Of a stretch of 64,000 nt of DNA, positions 62,208 through 64,000 are shown one piece after another. Below the pieces are notes generated by a model. The model was not told where the DNA came from. It did no database searches and saw nothing but the letters and a program-made list of their open reading frames with translations. Position numbers and translations under genes: made by a program. The first letter of the stretch is position 1, and each line of letters opens with the position of its first letter. Origin of the DNA: Massalongia carnosa (Eukaryota); the NCBI GenBank assembly GCA_965645245.1, contig OZ287081.1, positions 1,302,001 to 1,366,000 on the forward strand. Direction: 5' to 3'.

Positions 62208-63560
62208 ATGGAAGAACTAAGCATTTTAGATCAGCTACCATTCATGAGCTTCTATAGCCAAATCTTGCTCTGCTTTCCTCTGGCTAAAGATTCCGATAGA
62301 TTGGACGTTATTACCGATCTAGAAAAGGGACTCCAAACCCTTATTGGTGTTTTCCCTTTTCTAACCAAGCAAGTTATCCGTGAACACGACGAACGAAGCA
62401 AGGATGCAAGCTCTGGCACTCATAAGCTTGTCCCTCATGAAAGTGATGGTGCACCTAAGCTTCATGTTAAATACCTTGATGGGCAATTTCCTTCCTATGA
62501 AGAAATCAGCAAGTTCAAAGCACCTGCCTCCATTCTCGATGGCGGTATCGTTGCCCCTATGAAGTCTCTTCCTGACACATATGACTTTGCAACAGCTATT
62601 CCAGTCCTGGTTATTCAAGCAAACTTTGTCTCTGGGGGTCTTCTGTTGTGCTTTGCTGCCATGCATAATGTTCTAGACGGGAACGGTCTGGGCCACCTCA
62701 TTCGGCACTTTGCTACTGTATGCAGGGGGGAGGATATACAAGAACACGACATTTGGGCTGGAAATATTCCTCGAAAAAACCTCATTCCTACTTTAGGGCC
62801 TGACGAAATGTCTTTAGATCACTCGCTCATGCTTAAGGAACTACATAACAGCAGTCTTGAAGCTGGTGACAAGCCTTTGGCTCCATGGACCTACTTTCGT
62901 CTCTCGGCGGTGAAGCTTGCCGCTCTTAAGACAGAAGCCTCCCATCGTCCTTGCACGAATCCTCAATCTTCTTGGATATCAACTAACGATGCCGTTTCTG
63001 CACTAATCTGGAGAGCTGTTGTGGCAGCAAGATCGCCGCACCTCAACTTGCAATCAACCAGCACGCTTGTGAGAGCTGTAAATGGACGCAGACGTTTCCA
63101 ACCTGCTATTCCAGACACTTACTTGGGGGTCTGTGTTATTAGCAGCTCTCCCCAGTTGACTCTTGGTGATCTCACCCAGAAGCTAGCTATCTCGGAAATC
63201 AGCACGCTTATTCGTAAGGAGCTTGAGGAGACTGGCGACTATTATGCCCGTAGTTTTACTACAATGATACAATCAGAGCCAGACAGACGGAAAATATCCT
63301 TTGGCCCGCCATCCCCAGACACGGATGTGCTGATCTCGTCCTGGGCTTCTCTGCCTATTTACACGAGCGACTTCGGTGGCCGTTTGGGGAAGCCTGAACT
63401 TGTGCGCCGACCGACATTCTCGCCCTGCGACGGACTCACGTTCATTATGCCGCGAAATCTCGAAGGCGACCTTGATGTTGTCATCAGCTTGCACGAGGAG
63501 GATATGGAAAGGGTGAAGAATGATCCGGTTTGGAGGAGTTACGCGGACGTGATTGGTTAA
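62208..63560 (+). CDS. Trichothecene 3-O-acetyltransferase (Tri101)-like BAHD/transferase-family acyltransferase
   Basis: Intronless 450 aa. LSILDQ..YSQILLCF, PVLVIQANFVSGGLLL, catalytic HNVLD (HxxxD), WISTNDAVSALIW, RAVNGR and SSW...DFGGRLGKPELVRRP. Confidence 0.92.
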   Translation: MEELSILDQLPFMSFYSQILLCFPLAKDSDRLDVITDLEKGLQTLIGVFPFLTKQVIREHDERSKDASSGTHKLVPHESDGAPKLHVKYLDGQFPSYEEISKFKAPASILDGGIVAPMKSLPDTYDFATAIPVLVIQANFVSGGLLLCFAAMHNVLDGNGLGHLIRHFATVCRGEDIQEHDIWAGNIPRKNLIPTLGPDEMSLDHSLMLKELHNSSLEAGDKPLAPWTYFRLSAVKLAALKTEASHRPCTNPQSSWISTNDAVSALIWRAVVAARSPHLNLQSTSTLVRAVNGRRRFQPAIPDTYLGVCVISSSPQLTLGDLTQKLAISEISTLIRKELEETGDYYARSFTTMIQSEPDRRKISFGPPSPDTDVLISSWASLPIYTSDFGGRLGKPELVRRPTFSPCDGLTFIMPRNLEGDLDVVISLHEEDMERVKNDPVWRSYADVIG

Positions 63561-64000
63561 TGGCATTTTTTTAAGGGGATAAGGGTTAGATGCTGATTTG
63601 AGTTGACGTTCCCTATTGCATGTATCTTCTTTCTCTTCGTAACCCTTCTACTTTCTGCAATTGATTCTTGCAACAAAATCGACGCATGCTTCCGATCTGC
63701 TGTTGCTATGGAAGCCCTTGCGTGCAAGCTGCGCTACTTTTCCACAGATCCAGGAGTTGAACAGCTAGTCTCCAGCATCCAGCATAAACCCACAACTACC
63801 AGTCCGTCCATACCCAATTATGCTACTCGATCCACGCACCACGCACCCCATCCATCTCTCCCCTCTCTCCTCGAATTCTCACCCTGGCATCGCTCTCCCC
63901 CTTCCCCCTTTTAGCAGGAAAATAAGTAGGAGAGCTACTAAATTAAATCGCAGGTGCATATTAAAAAAAATTTTATTAAAAAACCAAAATCCCAAAAAAG

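Overview
Gene-dense, intron-rich nuclear DNA from a filamentous ascomycete (Pezizomycotina; a lichen-forming Lecanoromycete is a guess from sequence style only). About 20 protein-coding genes can be reconstructed by hand: a partial RING/PA-like E3 gene, NGG1/ADA3, NPR2, a membrane-anchored uncharacterised protein, a Clr2-like silencing factor, a large disordered protein with a C-terminal Cys cluster, a bZIP factor, a PSR1-type phosphatase, SDS22, xylose reductase, SEC61-beta, RPL20, CSN12, a BTB protein, mitochondrial LysRS, TIM10, an STB6-like protein, RMD5/GID2, a tandem GNAT, a DUF1479 protein and a Tri101-like acyltransferase. There are also two decayed genes (a protein kinase and an alpha/beta hydrolase), a RIP-scarred Tc1/mariner fragment and an unidentified relic reading frame. 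I found no tRNA, rRNA or CRISPR array, and I cannot claim a new biological system with confidence. The best leads are non-coding: a nested, junction-forming RNA structure in the long RPL20 intron next to a 4-nt ATGG micro-exon; a ~90-nt hairpin in the Clr2 intron that covers a perfect TACTAAC; an over-represented intergenic 9-mer TACRGAGTA; a four-copy CGG motif between the DUF1479 and Tri101-like genes; and repeated local C-to-G skew inversions that cut across genes. Gene identities come from recognising motifs, not from database searches. Splice sites were read by eye.
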